IMG/VR virus record: IMGVR_UViG_3300020045_002896
Span: 1 to 28,842 of that record
Strand: one strand, 5' to 3'
From: a virus
Taxonomy: Duplodnaviria; Caudoviricetes
Length of the DNA stretch: 28,842 nt
A model generated the notes under the pieces. The model did no database searches. It saw only the letters and a program-made list of their open reading frames with translations, and was not told where the DNA came from. Positions 6,706 through 16,904 of the stretch are shown here, one piece after another (position 1 is the first letter of the stretch; every line of letters begins with the position of its first letter). A program made the translations under genes and the position numbers.

Positions 6706-7180
6706 ACCTAATGGACGGCCATCAAAATATACTAAAGAACTAGCAGATAAGTTTTGCGAATTAATTGCTAATGGAGACTCATTAAGGACAGCTTGCACTA
6801 ATGCAGATATGCCAGCACCAGCTACTATATTCAAATGGATGAGAGAACATGACAGTTTTCTGAAACAATACGAAAAAGCCACTCAAGAACGTACAGAGGC
6901 TATGGCAGAAGAACTACTTGATATTGTTGATGATGGATCTAATGATTATATGGTTAAAACAGGCAAAGATGGCGCAGAGTCGTGGCAGTTAAACGGTGAG
7001 CATATCCAACGATCAAGACTTCGTGCTGATACTCGTAAGTGGTTAATGGCTAAAATGAAACCTAAAAAATATGGTGATAAACTAGACGTCACTTCGGACG
7101 GTAAAGCGCTACCGCAACCTATATATGGCGGTATTAGCCTAAAAACTGATGATAATAATGCGTCTAGTGATATATTATAG
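6698..7180 (+). CDS. terS: Terminase small subunit (Sf6-like)
   Basis: GRPSKYT..LA..FC..IA.G.SLR..C....MP...T..W, RSRLRADTRKWLMAKMKPKKYGDK; upstream of TerL. Confidence 0.92.
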   Translation: MNKPNGRPSKYTKELADKFCELIANGDSLRTACTNADMPAPATIFKWMREHDSFLKQYEKATQERTEAMAEELLDIVDDGSNDYMVKTGKDGAESWQLNGEHIQRSRLRADTRKWLMAKMKPKKYGDKLDVTSDGKALPQPIYGGISLKTDDNNASSDIL

Positions 7181-7257
7181 AATTATACAATTTTAAAATG
7201 CCAAAAAATATGGCTTTATATAAAAAATAACAAAAAATAACGTCATAGGTGGTATAA

Positions 7258-8442
7258 ATGAATTTTCAGGACGTAACGGCAACCAAGAAGATATTTAACT
7301 TACGCAAGCGCCTAAGGTTCGTATGTGGTGGTACATCTGCGTCTAAGACTATATCAATCCTAGTTTGGATAATAGATCGGGCATTAGCTTACCCACCGGC
7401 TAACAACGGAGAAACTGAACTAATATCTGTAGTCTCTGAATCATTTCCACATCTTCGACTTGGTGCTATGTTAGATTTTGAGAATATTATGAAATCTCGT
7501 GGCTATTGGGTAGATAGCAACTGGAATAAAACAACTTCGACATATACATTTGAAACTGGATCCAAACTAGAATTTTTTTCAACTGATTCCGGCAAAGCAC
7601 ATGGGCCGCGGCGTGATATTCTGTTTGTGAATGAGTGTAATCACGTTGACTATAAGACATTTGACCAGTTAAGAGTTCGTACTAAAAAGATTATATGGGG
7701 AGACTGGAATCCATCAAATGAATTTTGGTACTATACTGAAATAAAAGACAAGGTTGACCATGATTTTATAACACTTACTTACAAAGATAATGAAGCGCTT
7801 GACTATAATATAGTTCAAGACATTGAATCACATAAAATGAATAAAAACTGGTGGGCGGTATACGGGCTAGGCCAACTCGGTGAAGTCGAAGGTAAGATAT
7901 ACAAAAATTGGCAGATTATTGATGACATACCTTACGAGGCAAGACTTGAGCGACATGGGCTAGACTTCGGATACTCTAACGATCCTGCAGCACTAGTTGG
8001 AATTTATTATTATAATGGTGGATATATATTTGACGAAGAATTATATCAAAAAGGTATGAGTAATAAGCGTATTGCTGATACTATAAATAATCTTAGCCAA
8101 GCGTTAGTAGTAGCGGATAGCGCAGAGCCTAAAAGTATTGATGAGCTTAAAGAATATGGGGTTAATGTGTTGCCAGCTAATAAAGGGCAAGGTTCAGTTA
8201 ATCAGGGTATCCAGTATGTTCAAGACCAAAAAATTAGCATCACAAAGCGTTCAATTAACCTAATTAAAGAATACCGTAACTATTTATGGAAAACTGATAA
8301 AGATGGAAATATATTAAAAGTACCAGAGGGAGGGCTTGACCATTTATTAGATGCCGCTAGGTATGGTATGGAAACATTAAGGCCGAAACAAAATACAATT
8401 AAAGTGCCACAATATAGGCCACAAAACTTTATGGTTAACTAA
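7258..8442 (+). CDS. terL: Terminase large subunit, PBSX/SPP1-like family
   Basis: Walker A variant GGTSASKT, GPRRDILFVNE, DWNP, GLDFGYSNDP, DSAEPKSI, DHLLDAARY. Confidence 0.96.
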   Translation: MNFQDVTATKKIFNLRKRLRFVCGGTSASKTISILVWIIDRALAYPPANNGETELISVVSESFPHLRLGAMLDFENIMKSRGYWVDSNWNKTTSTYTFETGSKLEFFSTDSGKAHGPRRDILFVNECNHVDYKTFDQLRVRTKKIIWGDWNPSNEFWYYTEIKDKVDHDFITLTYKDNEALDYNIVQDIESHKMNKNWWAVYGLGQLGEVEGKIYKNWQIIDDIPYEARLERHGLDFGYSNDPAALVGIYYYNGGYIFDEELYQKGMSNKRIADTINNLSQALVVADSAEPKSIDELKEYGVNVLPANKGQGSVNQGIQYVQDQKISITKRSINLIKEYRNYLWKTDKDGNILKVPEGGLDHLLDAARYGMETLRPKQNTIKVPQYRPQNFMVN

Positions 8443-8450
8443 GGGGGGTT

Positions 8451-8696
8451 ATGGATTTAAAATACGGTAAGAAAATCACATACGAGGGTTATTACGATGG
8501 TAAATTAAAAAGTACCAAAGTTGAGTATTCAATTCCAATGATGATACAGGATAAATCACAAGTTATGACCGAGTTATTAAAAGGCTTAGAGTTAATCAAG
8601 AATAAAGAGACTAATAAAGTAACAATTATAATAGAAGCTGACCCTAAGACCCACTATCTAAGATTGTTGACAAAAAACTATACCATAGAATTGTGA
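8451..8696 (+). CDS. Hypothetical protein
   Basis: G-rich RBS; lies between TerL and portal. Confidence 0.7.
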   Translation: MDLKYGKKITYEGYYDGKLKSTKVEYSIPMMIQDKSQVMTELLKGLELIKNKETNKVTIIIEADPKTHYLRLLTKNYTIEL

Positions 8697-8697
8697 T

Positions 8698-8757
8698 ATG
8701 TTATAATACAAACTAACGAGTATGCCTCATTGTAGATTACCGATATAAGGAAATCTA
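8698..8757 (+). promoter_or_regulatory. Extended -10 promoter with conserved structured leader (portal)
   Basis: TGTTATAAT, TATGCCTC box, TAGATT/AATCTA hairpin over the RBS. Near-copy at 27222-27282. Confidence 0.75.
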
Positions 8758-10674
8758 ATGAGCATCTATCTAAAACCCGAAGAACTTATTAAACAATATG
8801 ACGAAGCGACTAAAGTTGCTGATGATTGGTTCAAGCCTTTTAATGAATATGAACGCATTGCTGGCAATAAATTATCTAAAAACTTAGCTAAAAATATGCC
8901 TCGTGTTAATGACGGTTCACTCGCAGCGTCGTTAATTGAAACCCAGATGAACGTTTTGCCATTTATGCAACCTGGCAAGTTCAAGTCGGTTAATTCAAAA
9001 AAAGCATGGTTAGGTGAACTAGCCACTATCATTTGGAATAAGAAAATTGTTCCAAATGCTAATACTCAAACTGACTTCTTCTCTAAAGAACAGATAGCAT
9101 TATATAGGTCAACAAAATATGGCGCACAGCCACGTTACAACTTCTATGTGTCAAATGACAAGTACACTGGTTGCGATTGGTCATTACCTTATGTGCGTAA
9201 CGTTAAGTTAGAGCCGGGCAAATTCTCTGATGAAGATTGTGATTATATATTCTTAGACATTTACTTCACAAAATTACAACTACAAAATATTGTCGAACAG
9301 CAAAAAGCTGAAATTAAACTTGCTAAAAAAGAGGGCAGAACACCTGATAACTCATGGAATATTGATGCCTTAAAGCAACTAGCTGATATGGGTATGACTT
9401 CTAAGGAGTTAGAAGAGCAAAACATCAATGAACGTGATAAACAAGTTTACAGTTCAGGTATTAAGACTACTGTTTGTTTTAACAGAGGTGTTGATGCTCC
9501 ATTTTATATGTTCTCAAAGCATTTGCCAGAGGGAACGTTGCTAAGGGGAGAGAATGATAGTTGGTTAAACCCAGACCCAACAGGTGACTTACCTATCACA
9601 ATGCAATACTGTTATGAGACATTAGAGAGTCCTTATGGTATTGGACGTGTTGAACTTGCAGGCCCAACGCAAAACGTTTTGGATTACATGACGCAAGCCC
9701 ATGTACTTGCTACTCAATTAGGCCTACAGCCTATTACTAAAGCGTCCGGTCCACTTGAGTCTGCTAACATGAATACGATTGTCCACGCACCAAATGCTAT
9801 CTGGCAAACTGGAAATGCTAACTTTGAAATTATGCAGAACACGAACTCTGTATACACACAATTCCCTAGTAACTTTGGCCTATATAAAAGCCAATTACAG
9901 ACGCTACAAGGCCGTACAGATGGTTCAGTAAGCGCTACTAGTGGCAACCCTACATTTTCAAAGACTTCTGCTGGCGTAAGTATGCAACAAGAGCGTACTA
10001 ACTCACAAGACAATTATTTACGCAACAAAGCTGATAAAGCATCTGCTCGTATGGCTGAAAAGATGATGAATATACACATGGCTAAAATGCAAGGCGCTGA
10101 TTTACTAGAGATTGCCGAAGAAGATAAAGCTCGATTGATTAGCGCTGGATATTTTGATGACAACCCAATGACAGAAGATATACCGTCAATTACCGAGATA
10201 CCTATTATCTACGAAGAATTGCGCGATACATTTAAGTTTGAGTATGACCCACGACCAGAATCTAATAATGATGAGAAGAATCGCTGGCTAGAACTAATTG
10301 ATATTGTAGCAAGCAATCCTAATATTTTACCTATGATTCAGCAATCAGGATACGACTTTAATGTTGGTGAAGCATTTAAACGTGTTGCATCAGCTAGTGG
10401 CGCAGAGGGTATGGATAAAGTGCTTACTAAGATGGAGTCAGACAATGCCGCTATTGACCCACTAACCGGTCAACCAATACCAAAACAAATGGGCGGTGAT
10501 ACACCACAAGAGATGCCAGAAGAAGAATTAATTGAACAGCCAGAGGAAATAACAATTGAAGATACTATGGCTATGTATGGAATTGACGAGACACAGGCTA
10601 TGGCAGTTATGGAAGCTAGGTCACAAGGGTTCAAAGAGGAAGAAATAGCACAATTCTTACAAGGAGGCGAATAA
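8758..10674 (+). CDS. Portal protein (podovirus/P22-like)
   Basis: Size 638 aa, position after TerL, PYGIGRVE and KTSAGVSMQQE motifs, acidic C-terminal tail. Confidence 0.8.
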   Translation: MSIYLKPEELIKQYDEATKVADDWFKPFNEYERIAGNKLSKNLAKNMPRVNDGSLAASLIETQMNVLPFMQPGKFKSVNSKKAWLGELATIIWNKKIVPNANTQTDFFSKEQIALYRSTKYGAQPRYNFYVSNDKYTGCDWSLPYVRNVKLEPGKFSDEDCDYIFLDIYFTKLQLQNIVEQQKAEIKLAKKEGRTPDNSWNIDALKQLADMGMTSKELEEQNINERDKQVYSSGIKTTVCFNRGVDAPFYMFSKHLPEGTLLRGENDSWLNPDPTGDLPITMQYCYETLESPYGIGRVELAGPTQNVLDYMTQAHVLATQLGLQPITKASGPLESANMNTIVHAPNAIWQTGNANFEIMQNTNSVYTQFPSNFGLYKSQLQTLQGRTDGSVSATSGNPTFSKTSAGVSMQQERTNSQDNYLRNKADKASARMAEKMMNIHMAKMQGADLLEIAEEDKARLISAGYFDDNPMTEDIPSITEIPIIYEELRDTFKFEYDPRPESNNDEKNRWLELIDIVASNPNILPMIQQSGYDFNVGEAFKRVASASGAEGMDKVLTKMESDNAAIDPLTGQPIPKQMGGDTPQEMPEEELIEQPEEITIEDTMAMYGIDETQAMAVMEARSQGFKEEEIAQFLQGGE

Positions 10675-10997
10675 TGGATGATTCAGCACTTTACACAGGC
10701 GTAGATAGTGATCCAAACGGTGTTTTTGGTAATGAGGAAGTCAATCAAGACACTGAAAAAATATTACAAGAGCAAAAAGCTCTAATTGGTGAATTAACAC
10801 CTAAATTGCAAAGTTTAATTGACGCAATTGAAACAGAGCGCCAATTATCTATTCAATTTATCGCTGACTATGTAGATAATACTAGCGACGATGACCAAAT
10901 TATGCGTGGTGAGCTTAAAGCAGCAGCTCGCTATCGTAAATATTTAGATACATTAAAGACTAAATTCACTCTAGCCCTTAACGAGGTTAAAAAGTAA
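10674..10997 (+). CDS. Hypothetical helical protein of the head module
   Basis: RBS AGGAGG; coupled to the portal gene. Confidence 0.75.
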   Translation: MDDSALYTGVDSDPNGVFGNEEVNQDTEKILQEQKALIGELTPKLQSLIDAIETERQLSIQFIADYVDNTSDDDQIMRGELKAAARYRKYLDTLKTKFTLALNEVKK

Positions 10998-11224
10998 TGG
11001 AATATAAAGATGAGGCGATAGAGTCAAAACCAGAATATGAATTTGATTTTGATTCTATGCCAATTCTTAGCAATATAACCCATTTACACCAAGATGGTAA
11101 TTATTTAGTTGGGATTACAGAGGGTGGAACTAGATTTAGGCAACGCATACCGTCAGATAAAATGCTAACGAAAAATGATAAAGGAGAGTGGGCGATAGTA
11201 CCATTGAGAGGTAGTCTCGGATAG
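10997..11224 (+). CDS. Hypothetical protein
   Basis: RBS GAGG; TAATG overlap. Confidence 0.7.
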   Translation: MEYKDEAIESKPEYEFDFDSMPILSNITHLHQDGNYLVGITEGGTRFRQRIPSDKMLTKNDKGEWAIVPLRGSLG

Positions 11225-11335
11225 TCACGCAACCCAATGGGCAGACTATCCAAGATTGCTCCCCATGCAATAGATTCATCTACTAACAGATAGAGGTTCG
11301 CTACCTATTCAACAGCAGTAAAAAATGGAGATTAT

Positions 11336-12064
11336 ATGGAAGAAGACTCAGTACAAGACCCAATATTAAGTGTATTGGAAGATACAGAAACAGAGGTTAG
11401 TGTTACTGAAAATACTGACACTAACGACGCAACAGATACAGAAAATAATACTGAAACCGCCGAAGTTAATGAATCAGCAGAGGGCGAGACCGCAGAGCTA
11501 AGTTCAGATGATTCGGAAGAAACAGACGAACAGGTTGAGCTAGACCCTAAAGAGGAAGCTCGTAGGCGCTATGAAGAAAGGCAAGCTTTTAAAGAGGAAC
11601 AACGTAGCCGTATTCAAAATCAAAACAAAGACTATGTCGATGAAGCAGAGAACGATTACGACCAACGACTTCGTGCTATGGAAGTACAACGCTATCAAGA
11701 AATCGTTGAAAACACACAAGAAAAATTAGTAAACGAATTCGAGAGAGCAAAGACCGATCCGTCACTACAAATCTTTAACCCAGACAGCCAAGAGTTTAAT
11801 CAAAAGGCGTATGACAAAGCAATAAGAGATTATAACGCTGGTTATATAACTTACGATAACAGAGGTAATATGGTTGGAGTTAAAGGATCATTATTTAATC
11901 ATTTAACAGAGACAGCAGAATTATTACAGGGTGCAGTCAAATCAGGCGCTATCCAGCAAGTACGAGCAGGCAGGCAAATGAGGTCAGGCGCAGACATCAA
12001 ACCAGCAGCTCCACCAAAGGCTACAGCTAAAGACCCAATCCTCGATATTTTGAAGTCTGACTAA
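11336..12064 (+). CDS. Capsid scaffolding protein
   Basis: Very acidic low-complexity N-terminus, coiled coil, immediately upstream of the MCP. Confidence 0.75.
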   Translation: MEEDSVQDPILSVLEDTETEVSVTENTDTNDATDTENNTETAEVNESAEGETAELSSDDSEETDEQVELDPKEEARRRYEERQAFKEEQRSRIQNQNKDYVDEAENDYDQRLRAMEVQRYQEIVENTQEKLVNEFERAKTDPSLQIFNPDSQEFNQKAYDKAIRDYNAGYITYDNRGNMVGVKGSLFNHLTETAELLQGAVKSGAIQQVRAGRQMRSGADIKPAAPPKATAKDPILDILKSD

Positions 12065-12080
12065 AAAAGGAACAAATCAC

Positions 12081-12926
12081 ATGGCTCAAAATTATGCAGC
12101 AGCACATTTGAAAGTTGTCGATGAAAGAGTATATCTTGAATCATTGACAATGGACGCATTTAAAAGCGATATTCGTCTAGAATTTAACGGCAAAAATAGC
12201 GTTACTATCTACAACGTAAACACAGTATCAGAAGTTGACTACAACCGTTCAGAGATTAACGGTAGCCGTTTTGGTCAACTAACAGAAGTTGGAACAGGTA
12301 CACAAACCTTGACACTATCACAAGACAAGGCATTTAACGCAGCTATCGACCGTGGTAACTATGAAGATAGCCAAATGGTCACTGAAGCCGCTTCATTTGT
12401 TAAACGACAAGTTCGTGAAGTATCAGTACCAGCAACCGACGTATACAACCTAGGCGTACACACAGCTTACGCTATCAGCAACACTCAAGGTGTTATTGGT
12501 GGTACAGCAGTTGCTTACAACACAATCTACTCATTAATTCTTGCTCAAAATGCAGCACTTGATGAATTGAAATACCCAGCAGCAGGTCGTACTCTTTGGA
12601 TCACTCCAACGAATTACAACCTATTGAAACGTGACCCAGAGTTCATGAAAGCTTGCGACACAACTGTTGCCGACCTTAAAAAAGGTATTATCGGTGAAGT
12701 TGATGGCTTGACTATCAAGAAAGTACCAAGCTCAATGCTTGTAACTAAGTTCGAGTTCATGATTACCTGTAAGGGTGTATCAGTAGCAATTAACAAGTTT
12801 AATATGATCCGTACACTAGACAACGATTCAAACATCGACGGCTGGTTGGTACAAGGCCGACGTTACCATGACTGCTTTATCTTAGGACAAAAAGCAACTG
12901 GTATCAGAATATACACGAAAGCTTAA
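12081..12926 (+). CDS. Major capsid protein (HK97 fold)
   Basis: SVTIYNV..VSEVDYNR, QTLTLSQDKAF..AID, LDELKYP..GR.LWITP..Y.LL, GIIGEVDG, GRRYHD.F; strongly biased codon usage. Confidence 0.9.
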   Translation: MAQNYAAAHLKVVDERVYLESLTMDAFKSDIRLEFNGKNSVTIYNVNTVSEVDYNRSEINGSRFGQLTEVGTGTQTLTLSQDKAFNAAIDRGNYEDSQMVTEAASFVKRQVREVSVPATDVYNLGVHTAYAISNTQGVIGGTAVAYNTIYSLILAQNAALDELKYPAAGRTLWITPTNYNLLKRDPEFMKACDTTVADLKKGIIGEVDGLTIKKVPSSMLVTKFEFMITCKGVSVAINKFNMIRTLDNDSNIDGWLVQGRRYHDCFILGQKATGIRIYTKA

Positions 12927-12945
12927 TAATTAAAGGAGAATAAAA

Positions 12946-13230
12946 ATGCAAGAGACAAACGGTGATGGACGAAAGATTAACCCAAGCGGTTGGTACAGGC
13001 AAAAAGAAACTGGCGCAGAAATGTTACTGGAGAATACGACCCCAGAGTATGGCTCACCAATGATTGACGCTTTTGTCAGATGCGGTTGGGTAAAAATAGA
13101 CGCTCCAACTCAAGTACCTCAAGCAACTCCAGCCGAAGATGCCTATACTGAATCAATCGCCTCAAATGGCGTAACTCAGTATAGGCTCAACGGTAAATTA
13201 ATATCAAAAGAACAATTTAACAATAGATAA
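12946..13230 (+). CDS. Hypothetical protein of the head module
   Basis: RBS AAGGAG; follows the MCP. Confidence 0.7.
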   Translation: MQETNGDGRKINPSGWYRQKETGAEMLLENTTPEYGSPMIDAFVRCGWVKIDAPTQVPQATPAEDAYTESIASNGVTQYRLNGKLISKEQFNNR

Positions 13231-13251
13231 TAAGTAAAGGAATTTAATACT

Positions 13252-13677
13252 ATGGCAAACCCAGCCAATTCAACAGCTTATACACTACCTGATGGCCGTA
13301 AAGCCGTCAACGTAACAGAAGCTAAAACCCTAACACTTGATGACAGTGGATACGTTCAAAACGTTATTTACGCTAACGGTGCAGTTGTTTTACCAGCTAC
13401 AGCAGTAGTCGGTACATTTACAATTCGTAACGGTGGCGTACCAAAGAGCGGCTCAACAGCTGGTTCAGGCGCAGATGGCAACTTCATCAAAGTTACTCCA
13501 AACGCATCAGACAAAGTAACTGGTGGTGTTGACGGTACAGTAACCGACGGAAAACCATTTGAAAACACGGCAGCAACAGCTAAGGTTGGTGATGAAATTA
13601 CTATCACTAATACTGGTGCAACTGACGGTGGATTCGTAAACGGTCTACGCGGAATTTGGGTACGAAATAACGCTTAG
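13252..13677 (+). CDS. Putative capsid decoration or other virion protein
   Basis: G/T/A-rich beta protein (TLTLDDSG...VVLPATA.VG.FTI) with MCP-like codon usage. Confidence 0.55.
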   Translation: MANPANSTAYTLPDGRKAVNVTEAKTLTLDDSGYVQNVIYANGAVVLPATAVVGTFTIRNGGVPKSGSTAGSGADGNFIKVTPNASDKVTGGVDGTVTDGKPFENTAATAKVGDEITITNTGATDGGFVNGLRGIWVRNNA

Positions 13678-13789
13678 TTATTACCCTAACCTGAACACGT
13701 TATAAAACTGTTCACCTTAATAACTTAACCAATCACTACTCATAGATACGACTAATTCATTAATGGGTGATGATTGAGGAGACAATAAA

Positions 13790-14257
13790 ATGGCAGATAA
13801 TTTTACAAGAGGTCAAGTAGCAGAAGCAGCAGCAGGAATTGGCGCTTACGCAAGCAAAACAATGACTTTCGCAGGGGGTACTACTAATGACCCAGGTGAC
13901 TTCGATGGAACTGGAAACCCAGCAACATTATTCACTGTTACCGGTACAGTTATGATGAAGTTGTTTGCAACTTGTAACACTACATTACAAGGTGCAACCG
14001 CAACAGTTGAAGTTGGAACTGCACTTAGTACAATTGGATTAATACCACTTACTACAGCAACAAACATCGCAATAAACGAAATTTGGCATGACGCAACTCC
14101 TGACGCAAGTATCGAATTAGCTACAATTGCTACAGAAAAAATTGTTAGACAGAACGTTATCCAAACAGTTCGCACTGCAAACATTACATCTGGCGCTTTA
14201 ACATACCACTGTATATGGAAACCTATTAGCAATGACGGATTGGTAGTGGCTGCTTAA
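13790..14257 (+). CDS. Putative virion structural protein (beta-rich)
   Basis: RBS GAGGAG; T/A/G-rich composition. Confidence 0.55.
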   Translation: MADNFTRGQVAEAAAGIGAYASKTMTFAGGTTNDPGDFDGTGNPATLFTVTGTVMMKLFATCNTTLQGATATVEVGTALSTIGLIPLTTATNIAINEIWHDATPDASIELATIATEKIVRQNVIQTVRTANITSGALTYHCIWKPISNDGLVVAA

Positions 14258-14258
14258 T

Positions 14259-15257
14259 ATGGACAAGCGGGCTAGTTTAAGGCAACATTTTGATAATGAT
14301 AAAGCAAATAAAGAGGCTGATATTAAATATGACAAAATGCACTCCGAAAAATTAGCTCGCTTTGATTCTGTTGAGGAAACTATTGCAAATGCTTTTGGTT
14401 CATTACTCAACTTTATGGACAAAAAAATAAGTAAAGTTGAATTAACTAACCAATTGGACTCAATCCGTACACCAGACACCGAAAAAGTCGTTGATGAGCT
14501 AAAGAATCTATCAAAAATGGTATTAAGTACCAAAACAGACCAAAAACCTGTTATAGACGCTTTAAATGCTCTTAAACGTGAAATAACACTTTTACCTGCT
14601 AAAATACCACAACCAAAAGACCAAAAAGACAGTATTAAAGTATCTAATCTATCAGAAGTCAAGCTTGATACGACTAGTTTAGAAAAAGCAATAAAGGCGC
14701 TAGACTTAAAAGTCGAAGCTCCGATTATTAATATTGATAAACCAGATTCTTATAAAGATGAATTGAAAAATATACTTAAAGCAATTCAGTCAATTGTAAT
14801 ACCAAAAATTTATATACCAGAACAATTACCGACTGATACATCTAAAATTGAAAAGAAACTTGATGAAAGTAATAAACATTTAAAGACTATATCAGAGAAA
14901 AAATTTGGCGGTGGCGGTGGCGGTGGAAATGGATCGCCATACACTGATACTAATGGAATAACTAAAAATGTTATACTAACAGCCGACGGTAAAATACCTG
15001 TAGAAATAAGCCAAGAACAAATAATAGAACTATTAAACCAGATAGTCGATGAAAATTCGATACTTAGAGGATTATTATATACTATAGCTAACCCATCTTA
15101 TGTTGATAAGTCGGCTAACCAAATGAGGGCTCAAGTAACTGGTTCATTAACGACAGTTACTAACTTAACTAATCTTGGGTCATTTCCAGCAGACCATTTA
15201 CAGCGTATGGACAATATGACAGCTTGGGCAACAAATAATAGAAGTTTAATAGCGTAA
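14259..15257 (+). CDS. Hypothetical protein with Lys-rich helical N-part, Gly7 linker and distinct C-module
   Basis: 332-aa ORF; poly-Gly at 14907-14927. Confidence 0.7.
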   Translation: MDKRASLRQHFDNDKANKEADIKYDKMHSEKLARFDSVEETIANAFGSLLNFMDKKISKVELTNQLDSIRTPDTEKVVDELKNLSKMVLSTKTDQKPVIDALNALKREITLLPAKIPQPKDQKDSIKVSNLSEVKLDTTSLEKAIKALDLKVEAPIINIDKPDSYKDELKNILKAIQSIVIPKIYIPEQLPTDTSKIEKKLDESNKHLKTISEKKFGGGGGGGNGSPYTDTNGITKNVILTADGKIPVEISQEQIIELLNQIVDENSILRGLLYTIANPSYVDKSANQMRAQVTGSLTTVTNLTNLGSFPADHLQRMDNMTAWATNNRSLIA

Positions 15258-15266
15258 AGGGGATAT

Positions 15267-16904
15267 ATGAGCAATAATTTTAAAAAAGTAATAGATAGAC
15301 AAATGTGGGTGCAAGTAGCTCCTACTCCTAACGCTCACGCTGCTGGTATGAGCCTTGCAGTTGATTTAAGAAATGATGTATCTCGCAACCCATTTGTTTA
15401 TCAATTAGCCTCTTCGACCGTATTAAATAGGTATAATTTCATATCTAAAGCTTGGAACTTTATGCAATCACCAGGACTAGGCGGTACGTTTGGCGCTGGA
15501 ACTGGTGCAGTATTCGCTCCGTCACAAAGCCTAACTGGTAGTATTGGAGTTGGTTCGTCAACTACTTCTATAGTTACAACAACTGTTATGACGGCAGTCG
15601 GTGTAAATATGCTAGCAAACAGAGGTGGTTCTGGTGATTATGGCTTTAAAATAATGATTAAAGGTAATGCTGCTGGAAGTTCAGGGAAAATTGAAGAACG
15701 TTGGATAATTGGCAACACTGGCGGAACAACTCCTACGTTAATCCTAGATACTCCGCTTACATTTACTCCTGCAAACGGTGATACCTATGAGATATTATCT
15801 GGTAGGTTATTTATGCTTAACGCTGGTACGTTGGCAGCAACGTCATTTAGGTCATTTGAAGTTGCCACAAACTTACTAGCTTCGCTATCAAACACTAACT
15901 TACCGGCTACAGTAGCAACTGATTTTTCAGGTATTGCGCTTGATGAACAGTATGTTCCATACAATAGAAAACCAGGTGAGGGATTTGTTGTTGGAGCTGG
16001 AACTTATGACCTAGAGTGTTCCTGTGGAGTTAAGAATTGCCTTACTGCAACTGCAACGGCAGCAAGTTCAATTTCTGGTCAGGCTAGTGGCGGTGATTTT
16101 GGCGTATTAACTAATGAATATCGAAATTTCCAAATTAGAATCGTAGAGGATACAGCTATCCCAACTGCAGTTGGTCAACGACGAATTGTTGCATCACATA
16201 CAGGTGGAACTCTAGGCTCTTATGTAACACCTGTTTACACATTAGGTAGTGCTTGGGCGGTTCAACCATCGGCTAATGCAAAATTCGTTATTGAATATCC
16301 AAATTTATTGTTAGTTTGGTCAAGTGCGACGGCAGTAACTTATACATACAATTATGGTACTGCAACGATAAATAATGGAACTAACTCAATTGCAAATAAT
16401 GCATGGCACGTTACTTATTTTGGAAACAGAGGTGGCAATATGGCTGCTGGTTGCACTACGTTTGCTTCGTTTGGCATCCAACCTGATGCTGGTAAAAATG
16501 CTAGACACTCATTTATATATTCATTTAGAGGTGGTGCATCTACATTAGACGTATTAGATATTTCCGGTGGAACTACTGGCGCATGGTCTAACGCTGTTGT
16601 TTATGATGGTTTAGTATCACTAACAACAGGTTCATGCGGAAAATATGCGCCATTTGATAATGAGGGCAAATTTGGTTACCTAAACTCATATACTGCATCA
16701 GCGATTAACCAAATATACAGATTTGACGTTAAAAACAGGGTGTTAAGTCCATTTACGCCTACTGATTGGATTCAGTCTGGTACTGCTGCTGCTGGTGACA
16801 GAGTAGCTACTTATTGTGCAATAGATGGTGATGAAAAATACACAGTTGGATTTTTAATGGCTCATACATCAACAATTAGCCAAGAGATTGTGGTACAAAT
16901 GTAA
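15267..16904 (+). CDS. Large beta-rich putative virion appendage or adhesin protein
   Basis: 545 aa rich in G/S/T/A with propeller-like spacing of aromatic strands. Confidence 0.55.
   Translation: MSNNFKKVIDRQMWVQVAPTPNAHAAGMSLAVDLRNDVSRNPFVYQLASSTVLNRYNFISKAWNFMQSPGLGGTFGAGTGAVFAPSQSLTGSIGVGSSTTSIVTTTVMTAVGVNMLANRGGSGDYGFKIMIKGNAAGSSGKIEERWIIGNTGGTTPTLILDTPLTFTPANGDTYEILSGRLFMLNAGTLAATSFRSFEVATNLLASLSNTNLPATVATDFSGIALDEQYVPYNRKPGEGFVVGAGTYDLECSCGVKNCLTATATAASSISGQASGGDFGVLTNEYRNFQIRIVEDTAIPTAVGQRRIVASHTGGTLGSYVTPVYTLGSAWAVQPSANAKFVIEYPNLLLVWSSATAVTYTYNYGTATINNGTNSIANNAWHVTYFGNRGGNMAAGCTTFASFGIQPDAGKNARHSFIYSFRGGASTLDVLDISGGTTGAWSNAVVYDGLVSLTTGSCGKYAPFDNEGKFGYLNSYTASAINQIYRFDVKNRVLSPFTPTDWIQSGTAAAGDRVATYCAIDGDEKYTVGFLMAHTSTISQEIVVQM

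Noticed and set aside
7150-7257. AT-rich terS-terL gap with a loose repeat (CGTC-TAG-TG-TATA) as a pac site or intron
   Set aside because: The similarity is too weak, and nothing in the sequence alone supports a function.
676-13790. tRNA, tmRNA or integrase/att features in the intergenic gaps
   Set aside because: No cloverleaf or T-loop consensus and no recombinase gene seen; lifestyle cannot be determined from this window.
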